From positions 28,951 to 92,950 of the forward strand of contig JBFWMA010000009.1 of NCBI GenBank assembly GCA_050251875.1: a stretch of 64,000 bases of DNA. The letters are read 5' to 3'. Position 1 is the first letter of the stretch; each line of letters starts with the position of its first letter. The notes beneath the pieces are model-generated. The model had not been told where the DNA came from. It was given only the letters and a program-made list of their open reading frames with translations, and searched no databases. Below, piece by piece: positions 1 through 12,403 of this stretch. A program made the translations under genes and the position numbers. Source of the DNA: Deferribacterales bacterium (GTDB taxonomy: Bacteria > Chrysiogenota > Deferribacteres > Deferribacterales > Geovibrionaceae).

Positions 1-475
1 CCATCTCTTTCAGCATCATTCTGGGATAGGCGTAGCCGGAGGTGGAATCCTTGTCCACATAGGCGAACATCTTTCCGTTCAGACCGCTGATGGTGTTTAT
101 GCCCAGCGATTTTTTAGATATGATGTATCCCTGATAATATGGAATGATTTTATCCTGAGCGTCCGATCTTTCGCAATAGGTGGCGATGTATCTGAGCGAG
201 GGGATTTTCTTCTTCGCTTTCACATAGTTCACCGATCCGATCCATGCGAAATCGATAGTGCCGTTAGTCAGCCTTTCCGCCAGCTCGGAATAGTCTCTGG
301 TGACGACCAGACGGATATTCTGCCCTGTGTCCTCTGCCAGATATGAGGTTATGTCGGTGAACGCTTTATAGATATTTTCGGGCGAATTGGACGGGTAGGT
401 GCCGAAAACGATCTCCCCGGAGAAAACTGTAAGCGGGAATAATAAAATTAATAAAAGATGCAGAACGGATCTCAT
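1..475 (-). CDS. PhnD-like periplasmic substrate-binding protein (phosphonate/phosphite ABC-type family), N-terminal part; C-terminus lies left of the window
   Basis: Own minus-strand translation from ATG at 475: MRSVLHLLLILLFPLTVFSGEIVFGTYPSNSPENIYKAF...TIDFAWIGSVNYVKAKK...DSTSGYAYPRMMLKEM. It has a signal peptide plus PhnD-type motifs, and the frame is open to position 1. Confidence 0.55.
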   Translation of the reverse strand, partial: MRSVLHLLLILLFPLTVFSGEIVFGTYPSNSPENIYKAFTDITSYLAEDTGQNIRLVVTRDYSELAERLTNGTIDFAWIGSVNYVKAKKKIPSLRYIATYCERSDAQDKIIPYYQGYIISKKSLGINTISGLNGKMFAYVDKDSTSGYAYPRMMLKEM

Positions 476-711
476 AAAACACCTTTTCTGATTAAGTATA
501 TAATAGAATACATGAAAAACAGGGCAAAGTAAATTTAATATGAATTATTTCGTTATTCTTATCCATTTATGACAATATCCTGAAGAAAATTAACATGAAG
601 CGGAATAAAACTTGATTTGTATTTATTGTGTACTATAATCTTTCACATATTAATTAAAGGTTAATTTTATTCGCAGAGAAACACAACGGACTAATTTCAA
701 AGGAGAATAGT

Positions 712-2448
712 ATGATGTCTGCACTATGGTCTCATATGTGGCAAATGCATCGTGAGACAAAATCATTGTTTATTTTTTCGCCTTCCATCGCCAGAGAAAA
801 ACTCAGATCAGTAATTCTGGCATCCGGTTCAGATGAGAAAGATGTCGATATAGCTGACGCTATTGAGTCTTCTCCTGCCGAAACATCGCAAAGGGTCAAG
901 CCGACCCCCGGGGGAATGAATATCGGTGAGCCGAAAGGATATACCTTCCGCCAGAGGCTCGGTCTGATACTGGGACCTGTTCTTTTCGTTCTGATGCTTC
1001 TGATGCCCGCTCCGGCAGGCATGGAGCCCGCGGCGCAGAAAATGGCTGCTGTCGCTTTTCTGATGGCTACATGGTGGATGTGCGAGTCACTGCCTATCCC
1101 CGCCACCAGTCTTCTTCCTATTCCTCTTTTTCCCATGCTGGGGCTGATGCCCACGGCTAAGGCGACAACACCCTACGCCAACCACCTGATATTTCTCTTC
1201 ATGGGCGGGTTTATCATCGCTCTGTCCATGCAGAAGTGGAATCTGCACAGACGTATCGCCATGAACATAGTGAAGCTGGTGGGGTTTTCTCCCAGCAGGC
1301 TTATTTTCGGATTCATGACAGCCACCGCCGCTCTTTCCGCCTTTGTGTCCAACACAGCCACTACTGTTATGATGATGCCCATCGGGCTCGCCATCGTTCA
1401 GCACGTTGTGGAGGAGGGCAAAAGAGAAGGGCTTGATAAAACAATAGATTTTTCACCTGAGAAGTTTGCTTTCGGGCTTAACCTTATGCTGGGAATCGCT
1501 TACGCCGCTTCTATCGGCGGCATAGCAACGCTGATCGGTACGCCTCCCAACACCGTTCTGGCAGGATATCTCACCAAAACATACGGATACGAGATCACAT
1601 TCGCCAGATGGCTTATAGTCGGCGTTCCGCTGGTGCTGGTGCTTCTGCCTGTCTGCTGGCTGTGGCTCACCCGTTTTGCCAACCCCATGCTGCTGAAAAA
1701 AGTTCCCGGCGGACGTGATCTTATCGAGGCGGAGCTGAAAAAGATGGGCAAAATGAATAAAGGCGAGAGCTGGACTGCTGTGGTTTTCAGCCTTACAGCC
1801 GTCTGCTGGATATTCAGAGCTCAGCTTACTTCTGTTTTCCCTGAGCCCAAGATGGTTACAGACGCAGCCATAGCAATGGCGGGCGCTCTGGTACTGTTTC
1901 TCATTCCTATAGAGATGAAAAAGAATCAGTTCGTGATGGACTGGCACTGGGCTTCTAAGATGCCCTGGGGAGTTCTGATACTCTTCGGCGGCGGTCTCGC
2001 CATGGCTGACGGGTTTAAAGAAACCGGTCTCGCCCAGTGGATAGGTTCTCAGGTCAGTCTGCTGGAACACGCTCCCATAGTGGTGCTGGTGATAGCTGTG
2101 ACCGCTCTGATAATCTTCCTGACAGAGCTGACATCCAACACAGCCACAGCGGCGATGGTTATGCCCATTCTTTCCGCTGTTGCCATCGGTCTGGGACAGA
2201 GTCCGCTTCTGCTGACTATTCCCGCCGCCATAGCCGCCTCATGCGCTTTTATGCTGCCTGTGGCGACACCTCCCAACGCCATTGTGTTCGGCTCCGGCTA
2301 TGTCACCATCCCGCAGATGGTTAAGAGCGGATTCGGGCTGAATATTATAGGTATACTCATCACGGTGGTGGTGACCTATGCGCTGGCTGTCCCCGTATTC
2401 GGCATAGAGTTCGGTGTTCTGCCGGACTGGATCAACGTTATTAAATAA
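712..2448 (+). CDS. DASS/SLC13-family anion:Na+ symporter (sulfate or di/tricarboxylate type)
   Basis: 578-aa polytopic membrane protein with the duplicated SNTAT(T/A) hairpin motifs (FVSNTATTVMMMPI and LTSNTATAAMVMPI) typical of DASS/ArsB-NhaD-fold permeases. AAGGAGA lies 5 nt upstream of the ATG at 712. Confidence 0.8.
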   Translation: MMSALWSHMWQMHRETKSLFIFSPSIAREKLRSVILASGSDEKDVDIADAIESSPAETSQRVKPTPGGMNIGEPKGYTFRQRLGLILGPVLFVLMLLMPAPAGMEPAAQKMAAVAFLMATWWMCESLPIPATSLLPIPLFPMLGLMPTAKATTPYANHLIFLFMGGFIIALSMQKWNLHRRIAMNIVKLVGFSPSRLIFGFMTATAALSAFVSNTATTVMMMPIGLAIVQHVVEEGKREGLDKTIDFSPEKFAFGLNLMLGIAYAASIGGIATLIGTPPNTVLAGYLTKTYGYEITFARWLIVGVPLVLVLLPVCWLWLTRFANPMLLKKVPGGRDLIEAELKKMGKMNKGESWTAVVFSLTAVCWIFRAQLTSVFPEPKMVTDAAIAMAGALVLFLIPIEMKKNQFVMDWHWASKMPWGVLILFGGGLAMADGFKETGLAQWIGSQVSLLEHAPIVVLVIAVTALIIFLTELTSNTATAAMVMPILSAVAIGLGQSPLLLTIPAAIAASCAFMLPVATPPNAIVFGSGYVTIPQMVKSGFGLNIIGILITVVVTYALAVPVFGIEFGVLPDWINVIK

Positions 2449-2454
2449 ACATCA

Positions 2455-2480
2455 AGGCGGTCATCTGACCGCCTTTTTTG
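2455..2480 (+). terminator. Rho-independent terminator after the DASS transporter gene
   Basis: AGGCGGT-CATCTG-ACCGCCT stem-loop followed by TTTTTT, a few nt after the stop codon. Confidence 0.75.
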
Positions 2481-2602
2481 TTTCATCAGGTTATTGTTTT
2501 ATTATTTCTTTCATTATTTCCAGCACAGGCGAACATACTGCGTTTATTGCCGAAAGCCTTATTCAGCTGGCTATTTGGCGGTTTTACTCTGTCAAAACCG
2601 TC

Positions 2603-2631
2603 TTGACATAGAAAATATGGTGTCTGATACT
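2603..2631 (+). promoter_or_regulatory. Candidate sigma-70 promoter for anfA
   Basis: TTGACA (2603-2608), 17-nt spacer, GATACT (2626-2631). The -35 is part of an inverted repeat, TGTCAA-N7-TTGACA. Confidence 0.3.
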
Positions 2632-2693
2632 GATTCTTACGCTGCCGATGTGACGTAATAGTTTAATCATCATAATATTTTAAGGTAGCCGCC

Positions 2694-4334
2694 ATGCCCG
2701 TGTCAAAAAAAGCTGAAATAAAAAAATGTGAGGATACCGCCAAAGCGTCCGCATCGTTCGGAACAATGAAGAGGTGTGATGTGGCAGAGGCGAACAAATG
2801 CCGCAGTCACGAATGCCGGGCGAGGGTCTTTCCTTTTCTTTACAAACTCACCAGCGTCATAGCCGAAAGCTCCGATCTGTCCCACGCACTCATCATCCTG
2901 CGCCGCATCATGAAGCGTGAGATGAAGATAATCTGCGGGATGATCTGCCTGTATCACCAGAAATCCGGACAGATATTCATCCACGAGAGTTTCGGGCTCA
3001 CGGGGGATGAGGAGTCCAAAGGCGTATACAATATAGGCGAGGGAATCACCGGAAAAGTGGTGGAGACCGGCAAGGCGGTCATGCTGACCCGTGTGAGCGA
3101 TGAGCCGACATTCCTGCACCGCACCAGATCGCTGAAATACGGCATAGATCAGGAGCTGTCGTTCATCTGCGTGCCGATAATGCGGGGACGCAAGGTGCTT
3201 GGCACCATCAGCGCCGAGAGACTGTACGACAGCCAGAAACTGCTGGAACAGGATGTGGAGCTTCTGTCCACCTGCGCAGGCGTAATAGCGCCAGTTGTGG
3301 AGCTCTATCTCATGGAGAACGTGGACAAGGCGAATCTGGAGAAAGAGAACAGGCGCCTGAATGATGCCCTGAAGAGAAAGTTCAAACCGTCCAATATCAT
3401 AGGGCACTCAAAACCCATGACGGACGTATACGAATACATAGGAAAAGTAGCGCCCGCCAAGACCACCGTGCTGATTCTGGGCGAGAGCGGGGTGGGCAAG
3501 GAGCTGGTGGCGGGAGCCATCCACTACAACAGCCCCATATCAAACGGTCCTTTTATAAAATTCAACTGCGCCGCCCTGCCGGAGAGCGTCATAGAGAGCG
3601 AGCTTTTCGGGCATGAAAAGGGCTCTTTCACAGGCGCTGTCAGCCACAGGACAGGCAGGTTCGAGGACGCTGACGGCGGAACGATCTTTCTGGACGAGGT
3701 GGGGGAGCTGTCTCTCTCCATGCAGGCGAAACTTCTGAGAGTGCTTCAGGAAAAGACGTTCGAGAGGGTGGGGAGCAACAGACCTATCAAAGTGGACATA
3801 CGCATCATAGCCGCCACCAACCGCAATCTGGAAGAGATGGTGACCCACGGACAGTTCAGAGAGGATCTCTACTACCGCCTGAACATTTTTCCGATCGTCA
3901 TTCCGCCCCTGCGTGAGCGTGGGAGCGATATAATCAATCTGGCGGATCATTTCGTGGCGCACTATTCGAAAGAGAATCATAAAAAAGTGAAAAGAATTTC
4001 CACCCCGGCGCTGAACATGCTGATGAGCTATCACTGGCCCGGCAACGTCAGAGAGCTGGAGAACGCCATAGAGAGAGCCGTGATTCTGTCCGATGACGAG
4101 GTGATTCACGGATATAACCTGCCTCCGTCGCTCCAGACACCTGTGCTGACGGAGAATGTGGAGAACGGCAGTCTGGACGCCAGACTGGCGGCGGTGGAAT
4201 ACGAGATGCTGGTGGAGGCGCTTAAGGCGCACAGCGGAAACATCACCGAAGCGGCGGACAGTCTGGGGGTTACCCGCAGGGTGTTCGGGCTGAGGCTGGA
4301 AAAATACAAGATAGACTACAAGAATTACAGGTAA
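2694..4334 (+). CDS. anfA: Sigma-54-dependent transcriptional activator of the NifA/AnfA type (GAF + AAA+ + Fis-type HTH)
   Basis: GAF-like N-terminal region. AAA+ core with GESGVGKE Walker A, the GAFTGA-type loop (GSFTGA), DEVGE Walker B and an RVGSN region. C-terminal HTH is [15 protein letters not shown]. The N-terminal CRSHEC (Cys-X4-Cys) resembles, as I recall it, the AnfA-specific cysteine pair. The gene sits next to anfHDGK. Confidence 0.75.
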   Translation: MPVSKKAEIKKCEDTAKASASFGTMKRCDVAEANKCRSHECRARVFPFLYKLTSVIAESSDLSHALIILRRIMKREMKIICGMICLYHQKSGQIFIHESFGLTGDEESKGVYNIGEGITGKVVETGKAVMLTRVSDEPTFLHRTRSLKYGIDQELSFICVPIMRGRKVLGTISAERLYDSQKLLEQDVELLSTCAGVIAPVVELYLMENVDKANLEKENRRLNDALKRKFKPSNIIGHSKPMTDVYEYIGKVAPAKTTVLILGESGVGKELVAGAIHYNSPISNGPFIKFNCAALPESVIESELFGHEKGSFTGAVSHRTGRFEDADGGTIFLDEVGELSLSMQAKLLRVLQEKTFERVGSNRPIKVDIRIIAATNRNLEEMVTHGQFREDLYYRLNIFPIVIPPLRERGSDIINLADHFVAHYSKENHKKVKRISTPALNMLMSYHWPGNVRELENAIERAVILSDDEVIHGYNLPPSLQTPVLTENVENGSLDARLAAVEYEMLVEALKAHSGNITEAADSLGVTRRVFGLRLEKYKIDYKNYR

Positions 4335-4388
4335 GGAGCATTTCATCTGAAATACGGCTCATTCAACCATCTGAACCTGCCCCCGTGG

Positions 4389-5135
4389 GTGGTGGGCTCT
4401 CATCATTTCAACGACAACCCCCAGAGGGTTGCCATTCAGGGTGTTCTGGAGAACAACCGTTTTCTGTTCGAAAGACTTGCGGGCATGGGTGAACAGGCGG
4501 ACAGAGCCCGTTTCTTCTGCGACTATATGTCTGTGAAGTTCAATCTGCACAGAGCGGAGGAACAGACAACGGAGTATGCCAGACAGAGCATAAAAAACAG
4601 CTATCAGAGATTTCTGAAAGGGTGGATGATAGATTCCAACTCGGTGGCGGGAGCTGTGCTGAAACACTGGGTGGAGAGACGCACGGGGATAACCCCCACA
4701 TATCACAACGCCTGCATAGACGGCATCAGCTCTGAAAGCTACTATACATATATGCTGGACGCTCTGAACGGGAGCACGCATACCAGCGCCATCGATTCCC
4801 AGCTGGATCTGCTGTATGAATACTGCCAGTTCGAACTGAGGCTGATATATCCGCCGGACGCCAGACTGACTCTGTACCGCGGGACTCATGACGCGGAGGA
4901 ATACGAGATTCTGGAGGAATGCGGCAAGAGAGAGCAGATAGTCCGTCTGAACAATCTGGTCTCTTTCACCGATGAGCCGGAGCGGGCTTGGGAGTTCGGG
5001 CGCACAGTGTGGCGCACCGAGGTACCGCCGGCAAAGATATTTTTTTACAGCGGGCTTCTGCCCGGGAGCATACTGAAAGGCGAAAACGAATACATGATCA
5101 TCGGCGGACAATACCGTGTCCGCAGGATGAGGTAG
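4389..5135 (+). CDS. draT: NAD+--dinitrogen-reductase ADP-D-ribosyltransferase (DraT); the true start is probably upstream of the GTG at 4389
   Basis: Blocks match remembered DraT sequences: FNDNPQ...IQGV.ENN, SYQRFLKGWMIDSNSVAGAVLKHWVE, QLDLLYEYCQFEL, LTLYRG, VRLNNLVSFT, LKGENEYMIIGG. Confidence 0.8.
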   Translation: MVGSHHFNDNPQRVAIQGVLENNRFLFERLAGMGEQADRARFFCDYMSVKFNLHRAEEQTTEYARQSIKNSYQRFLKGWMIDSNSVAGAVLKHWVERRTGITPTYHNACIDGISSESYYTYMLDALNGSTHTSAIDSQLDLLYEYCQFELRLIYPPDARLTLYRGTHDAEEYEILEECGKREQIVRLNNLVSFTDEPERAWEFGRTVWRTEVPPAKIFFYSGLLPGSILKGENEYMIIGGQYRVRRMR

Positions 5136-5138
5136 ACG

Positions 5139-5705
5139 TCAGACTGTATCCTTAAACAGCAGATCGTCACACCCTGAACACTCGGTCCGTCTGGGCATGG
5201 TGGGCAGAGGCACGGCGTATGACGCCGATTTCGTCTCTATCTTTTTCAGAGACTTTATGTATTCAGGGGGAAGCCCCATCTCTTCAGCGCCTCTGATTAT
5301 CACGTCCATGTATTCCCTGCTGGGCGGTTTTTCATCCCCCGTCAGGTTTTTCATGTATATCAGGGGATAATACATCTGTCCGTCTGTACCCTCCACCGTC
5401 ACCGGATAGTGAAAGTAAGGTCCGGCGCCGTCCAGCCGCACATCCTGATACGAGTCCAGCTCGTATCCGTCATAGAAGGACATTTTATACACCACTCCCC
5501 AGACCTCGTCTCCCTCTGAGCGCTCCAGTGTTTCCTGCGCTCCGTCCCATATCTGGGAGTTTCCGTAGAACGAGAGTCTGTATCCGGAAAGCCTGGCGAC
5601 AGCCAGTATCTCCGGTCCGAAACAGCGTGATCTGATGTATTTCTGGTTTATATCAGGACCATAGGCGAAATATACTCTGTAATCCCTGGAATATTCGTCA
5701 GTCAT
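5139..5705 (-). CDS. Gamma-glutamylcyclotransferase-like (AIG2/GGCT fold) protein with a C-terminal extension
   Basis: YFAYGPDINQKYIRSRC...ARLSGYRLSF...WGVVYK pattern typical of the GGCT/AIG2 family. It is the last gene of the minus-strand anf transcription unit, 1 nt after the anfO-like gene. Confidence 0.45.
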   Translation of the reverse strand: MTDEYSRDYRVYFAYGPDINQKYIRSRCFGPEILAVARLSGYRLSFYGNSQIWDGAQETLERSEGDEVWGVVYKMSFYDGYELDSYQDVRLDGAGPYFHYPVTVEGTDGQMYYPLIYMKNLTGDEKPPSREYMDVIIRGAEEMGLPPEYIKSLKKIETKSASYAVPLPTMPRRTECSGCDDLLFKDTV

Positions 5706-5706
5706 A

Positions 5707-6396
5707 TCATCTCCTTCTGCTTTTGTCGCAGCAGGGCATATCGCTCAGGTCGGCTGTGCCGCATCCGGAGCATCCTGACATGCCGTTTTTCGGACAGAGA
5801 ACAAGTTTTATTCCGCCCGGGTCGAGAACTTTTGATTTTATCATCACGTTCATTTTGGACAGTTCGGATTCCATCCATTTCGGAGCGTGTTCACAGATTA
5901 TCTCCAGACTGCCGAAAGGCGTTTCGGTCAGAAAGGGAATGAGAACCTCTCTGGAGTTCAGGTGGGGATAGGTCTTCAGCACCTCAATGAGGTTTATGCG
6001 GAATTTTCTCTCACATTCAGACCCCACGGCGACAGGTTTCGGCGGGTGAACCAGCAGTGATTCCATCGCCTCCAGCTCTTTCTGCATGATGTATTCCAGC
6101 TCGGGAATGACGGGACCGTGATCCGACCGCCATATTTTCAGCCCGACACTTTCGAGGATTACGCCGGGGACGCCTCCTATCTCTCCTGCCAGAAAGATAT
6201 GACCGTCATCCAGCTCCTCCGCTATGGGTTTCAGCATAAGCTGAAGTTCTTTCAGATCGTTCGCTTCCCTGATGGAGAGCGGAAACTCGCTGAAAGAGAC
6301 CCAGACACCCTCTATGTTTTCAAAAAACCGGACTATACCCGGTGTTTTCAGATCGATTATTTCGTCATGGGGATCGACATATGCCGCTATACGCAT
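5707..6396 (-). CDS. anfO: Fe-only nitrogenase accessory protein, AnfO-like
   Basis: 229 aa. It lies downstream of anfK as in anfHDGKO(R) clusters. The N-terminal pattern MRIAAYVD...GIVRFFE...W..SFSEFPL resembles AnfO as I remember it. Cys-rich tail GCSGCG...PCC. Confidence 0.5.
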   Translation of the reverse strand: MRIAAYVDPHDEIIDLKTPGIVRFFENIEGVWVSFSEFPLSIREANDLKELQLMLKPIAEELDDGHIFLAGEIGGVPGVILESVGLKIWRSDHGPVIPELEYIMQKELEAMESLLVHPPKPVAVGSECERKFRINLIEVLKTYPHLNSREVLIPFLTETPFGSLEIICEHAPKWMESELSKMNVMIKSKVLDPGGIKLVLCPKNGMSGCSGCGTADLSDMPCCDKSRRR

Positions 6397-6413
6397 GGTC
6401 TGCCTCGCTTGTT

Positions 6414-6902
6414 TTAAAAGCCGTGCTTTTTCCCTTTCATGGATTCTATGTCTATGCGTATGACCTCTGTTCCCGACAGATTGGCTTTCGGATATTCAAA
6501 CTTTTTGTCGGTGAACAGCGCCACTATCATATCCAGCGCTTTTATCTTTTCCGCTTCGTCCTCCACGAAAACCGCCTGACCCAGACCGATCACCGTGCGG
6601 TGTTTCGCTTCGAAATCGCATGCCTTGTCGTCTTCTATGTATCCGTTGTCTATAGACACGCTGAAGCAGACTGTGCTGTTCTTTTTCATCAGCTCTATCT
6701 TGGTGCCCGCCTTGGCGGAGTGAAAGTAGACAGCTATGCCGTCAAAGGCATAAAAAACGGGTACGGTAAAAGGGATGTTGTTGTCTGCCAGAGCCAGATT
6801 CATTACCTTTCCGGTTTTGAGTATCTCTGATATCTCCGCCATGTCTGTTATCTGGCGTTGTTTTCTTCTCATTTCCCCGTGGGGATGTCCTGATGCGTTC
6901 AT
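6414..6902 (-). CDS. Pyridoxamine 5'-phosphate oxidase-family (split-barrel flavin-binding, NimA-like) protein
   Basis: 162 aa. MRRKQRQITDMAEISEILKTGKVMNLAL..NN.PF.VPV.Y...G..VYFHSA..G.K is the typical PNPOx/Nim N-terminal signature. Confidence 0.55.
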   Translation of the reverse strand: MNASGHPHGEMRRKQRQITDMAEISEILKTGKVMNLALADNNIPFTVPVFYAFDGIAVYFHSAKAGTKIELMKKNSTVCFSVSIDNGYIEDDKACDFEAKHRTVIGLGQAVFVEDEAEKIKALDMIVALFTDKKFEYPKANLSGTEVIRIDIESMKGKKHGF

Positions 6903-6977
6903 GTTTCCTCCTTAATATGGTTTAATATTATGTACGCGCTCCCTGATTATGCCAGAGAGCGCGCAAACGAACAACTG

Positions 6978-8366
6978 TTACCACATTGCGAGGAGCCACT
7001 CTCTGTCTTTCTTCTTCTCCATATCGGTGAAGATGACATTAGCCATCTCTTCGGCCAGCCATATAGCGCCGCTGTATCCCACCGTGGGGTGGCGATAGTA
7101 TCCGGCACGGTCAAAAACGGGGAAACCGACTCTCAGCATGGGGATGTCATTGTCGATGGATATCCATCTGCCTTTCGAATGTCCCATGATGAGATCGACA
7201 TCCAGTCCTTTATTTTTTATTCTGTCTTCCAGTTCCCACAGGTCGGCATTGGTTATCACCTCCATGTCGAACTCCGCGTGTTCCTGAATAGCCAGCAGTC
7301 TGGGGTCTTTCACATATGTGGGGTTGTCATCGCCCAGAAGCAGAAGCACGGGCTTCATCTCCAGATCGAGACAGAATTCCGCCAGACCTATCACCAGATC
7401 GGGATGTCCGAAGATGGCGACTTTTTTATCAGCGAAGAACATGTGGGTGAGATCCTGCAAAGCGTCTATCGCCTTTCCTCTCTCTCTGACGAGGGATTCG
7501 GGGATGGGCTTTCCGGTCATTTTAGACACGTTCTTCAGAAATGCGTCAGTGTTTCTGACGCCTATGGGTGTGGGTCCTATAATGGCCGGAACCTGAAACT
7601 TGTCTTTCAGATATTCAGCCGCTTTTCCGCCCTCATATTTGTTCAGGGCGATGGTGCCGATGGCGTTTGCTGTGCCTTTCATATCCTCGATGGTGGTATT
7701 GCCGTGTGAAACGGCGCTTCCGTCAGGCATCAGGGGAGAATCGAAATTCTCTATCTCGAAAAGCACGGTGGCGTCCACATCCATCATCTTCAGCAGTTTT
7801 TTCAGCTCTGTCACATCGCCGGGGTTCACCCAGCCAGTAATCAGATTTATCTTGCCGTTGGGCTCGGTCTTTTCAGCGAAATGCTGTAAGAAAGCCTTAA
7901 CGGCGACATCATATCCCGTAACCTGGCTTCCTTTGAAGCTAGGAGTGTGCACGGGGATGAGGTGTACTTCTCTGTCGGCGTATTTTTCTTTCAGAAGCCC
8001 TTTGTTGAGCTTTCTGATAACACCTTCCACATCGTCACCGATGATTTCGGTGGAGCAGGTGGTGATTATCGGTACTACCTTCACATGGGGGTAGCGCATC
8101 AGAAGAACGTCCACAGCGCCCTCTATACGGTGGACAGCGCCCAGTACGGCGGCGTCCTCATGCAGAGAGGATGAGGCTATGTCGAAGTTTTCGTTCAGGT
8201 GCTGAGAGAAGAGCAGACGAACGAACATAACGCATCCCTGACCGCCGTGAACTATAGCTGTGCAGTCTTCCACGCCGATGCTGGCATACTGAGCGCCCGC
8301 CGGCTGGCATGTATACATCGGGTTGATTATTCCGGCTCTTTCTTTGGCTTTTATTTCACAAGACAT
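6978..8366 (-). CDS. anfK: Fe-only nitrogenase beta subunit
   Basis: 462 aa, the size of A. vinelandii AnfK. Nitrogenase component 1 beta motifs (CQPAGAQYA..G, HGGQGC, TTCSTEIIGDD). It follows the delta-subunit gene. Confidence 0.9.
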   Translation of the reverse strand: MSCEIKAKERAGIINPMYTCQPAGAQYASIGVEDCTAIVHGGQGCVMFVRLLFSQHLNENFDIASSSLHEDAAVLGAVHRIEGAVDVLLMRYPHVKVVPIITTCSTEIIGDDVEGVIRKLNKGLLKEKYADREVHLIPVHTPSFKGSQVTGYDVAVKAFLQHFAEKTEPNGKINLITGWVNPGDVTELKKLLKMMDVDATVLFEIENFDSPLMPDGSAVSHGNTTIEDMKGTANAIGTIALNKYEGGKAAEYLKDKFQVPAIIGPTPIGVRNTDAFLKNVSKMTGKPIPESLVRERGKAIDALQDLTHMFFADKKVAIFGHPDLVIGLAEFCLDLEMKPVLLLLGDDNPTYVKDPRLLAIQEHAEFDMEVITNADLWELEDRIKNKGLDVDLIMGHSKGRWISIDNDIPMLRVGFPVFDRAGYYRHPTVGYSGAIWLAEEMANVIFTDMEKKKDREWLLAMW

Positions 8367-8375
8367 AACAGACTC

Positions 8376-8720
8376 CTAATACAGTTTTACTGACAGTTCC
8401 TCGTTCAGAGAACCGTGTATGGTGACGTAGTCGATTCTGGCTTTCAGACCGTCCATCATCTCTTTTATCTCCGGCACGCTCATGTCGTTTATCCACGGGA
8501 ACTTTGCTTTGAACCCGTCCACAAGGCATACCGCGTCCACCCAGAAGCATTTCTGGGCGGGAGTGCTGAGATCCGCCTCCTCTCCGCAGAGAAGCTGTTT
8601 GGTGATGCCGAGAATACCTGTGTTCTGGGTTTCTCTGTCCCATGCTCTGGAGTGGAACTGCCAGAGGCATCTCTGCATTATATAGTTTTCCAGTATTGCT
8701 ATTTTCTCTTTCATCTCCAT
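8376..8720 (-). CDS. anfG: Fe-only nitrogenase delta subunit
   Basis: [13 protein letters not shown]...LLCGE...WVDAVCL...HGSLNEELS matches the AnfG/VnfG delta-subunit family. I prefer the start at MEMKEK (GAGGAG 6 nt upstream) over the longer track ORF (8774), which overlaps anfD. Confidence 0.85.
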   Translation of the reverse strand: MEMKEKIAILENYIMQRCLWQFHSRAWDRETQNTGILGITKQLLCGEEADLSTPAQKCFWVDAVCLVDGFKAKFPWINDMSVPEIKEMMDGLKARIDYVTIHGSLNEELSVKLY

Positions 8721-8730
8721 GTTACTCTCC

Positions 8731-11174
<2,444 letters not shown>

Positions 11175-11224
11175 TTACCGGAATGTAATTTTTGTCCGGC
11201 GCTTATTATCTACAGAAGTATAAA

Positions 11225-11240
11225 AGCAGTGTGTGTGCCA
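11225..11240 (-). promoter_or_regulatory. Sigma-54 (-24/-12) promoter of the anfH operon
   Basis: The minus strand reads TGGCAC-ACACA-CTGCT (GG-N10-GC spacing correct), about 70 nt upstream of the anfH ATG. Confidence 0.7.
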
Positions 11241-11320
11241 TAAACGGCTGTAAAATTGAGATGAAAAATATCTGCTTAATTGAAAACAGGCATGATGTCA
11301 GCGGGTTAAAAAATATTCGA

Positions 11321-11384
11321 TTTTCGAAAAGAACAACGCAAGGGTGTTTTGACAGAAAAAACGCCCGTCTGTTTTATTTCGAAA
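11321..11384. promoter_or_regulatory. Two TTTCGAAA-core palindromes upstream of the anfH sigma-54 promoter (candidate activator sites)
   Basis: TTTTCGAAAA (11321-11330) and TTTCGAAA (11377-11384), centres about 55 bp apart, roughly 100-170 bp upstream of the predicted start site. No TGT-N10-ACA NifA-type site was found in this interval. Confidence 0.3.
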
Positions 11385-11524
11385 AGGTACTTTTGCTCAG
11401 AATTTAGTACGGAAATGTACATAATTAAAAATGACATAATATAGACAGGGTTTCCTCTTTGAGTATAAAATAAAGTAGGCGTGTTAAACACAGCTCATAT
11501 ACACAAGACGCTTCAGGTGACGCT

Positions 11525-12403
11525 ATGAAATATATTTTATATTTCCTCATGATTTTATCTTTGTCCGGGTGCGTGCAGAAAAAAGACGAGCCTCTTGTCA
11601 TAACCACCAACCTGTGGGTTGGCTTCACACCCATAATATACGCGGAACAGACGGGCATGCTGAAAAACTGCAATATAAAGCTCCACATTGTGTCGTCTCT
11701 GGGCGAATCCTACCGTCTGTATGATTCCGGGCTTGTCAGCGGATTCACGGGGACTCAGGCGGAAGCCTCCAGAGCCAAAAACAGGGATCTGTATCCGGTG
11801 GTGCTCTTTGATATATCATACGGGGCGGACAACGTTGTCTCCACCATGTCGCAGGCGGAGCTGAAAAACAGCGGCGACAGAGAGATCACGGTATATTATG
11901 AAATGAACACCGTGAACGAAATAATGCTGAAATATCTCTATGAGCACGGTTATCTGAAGGAAAACAGCGGGAAAGTGATTCTGAAAAACATGAATCAGGA
12001 TCAGATGGCTAATATGGATTTCGGAGATACGGATTCGGTCATTATCACATATGACCCGTATACCAGCAAATATATGAAGGACGGTCTGAACCTGATAGTC
12101 AGCTCACGGCACGAGGACATCCTTATTATGGACGCTCTGTTTCTGAAAAAAGACATGATAAACAGGTATAAAAAAGATATAAAAATACTGCGTGACAGCT
12201 CCAGACAGGCTCTGAGAGTTCTGAATGAGAATCCTGAGAAATTTTACGGAGTTATTAAGGACTATCTGAAAGATCAGAGATATAATGAGTTCATCGAAAG
12301 CACGCACGGGATAAAATGGATAATGGAAGAAAAGAGCGACAGCAAGGTGATTCTGATGATGAAAAACCACAATATACCCACAAGCGAGTTGTTACTTGAT
12401 TAA
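11525..12403 (+). CDS. Lipoprotein resembling NMT1/SsuA-type periplasmic binding proteins, probably a kinase-associated sensor partner
   Basis: Lipobox LSLSGC. LVITTNLWVGFTPIIYAEQ..ML is the typical N-terminal strand of nitrate/sulfonate/bicarbonate-type binding proteins. It overlaps the next kinase gene by 8 nt. Confidence 0.45.
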   Translation: MKYILYFLMILSLSGCVQKKDEPLVITTNLWVGFTPIIYAEQTGMLKNCNIKLHIVSSLGESYRLYDSGLVSGFTGTQAEASRAKNRDLYPVVLFDISYGADNVVSTMSQAELKNSGDREITVYYEMNTVNEIMLKYLYEHGYLKENSGKVILKNMNQDQMANMDFGDTDSVIITYDPYTSKYMKDGLNLIVSSRHEDILIMDALFLKKDMINRYKKDIKILRDSSRQALRVLNENPEKFYGVIKDYLKDQRYNEFIESTHGIKWIMEEKSDSKVILMMKNHNIPTSELLLD

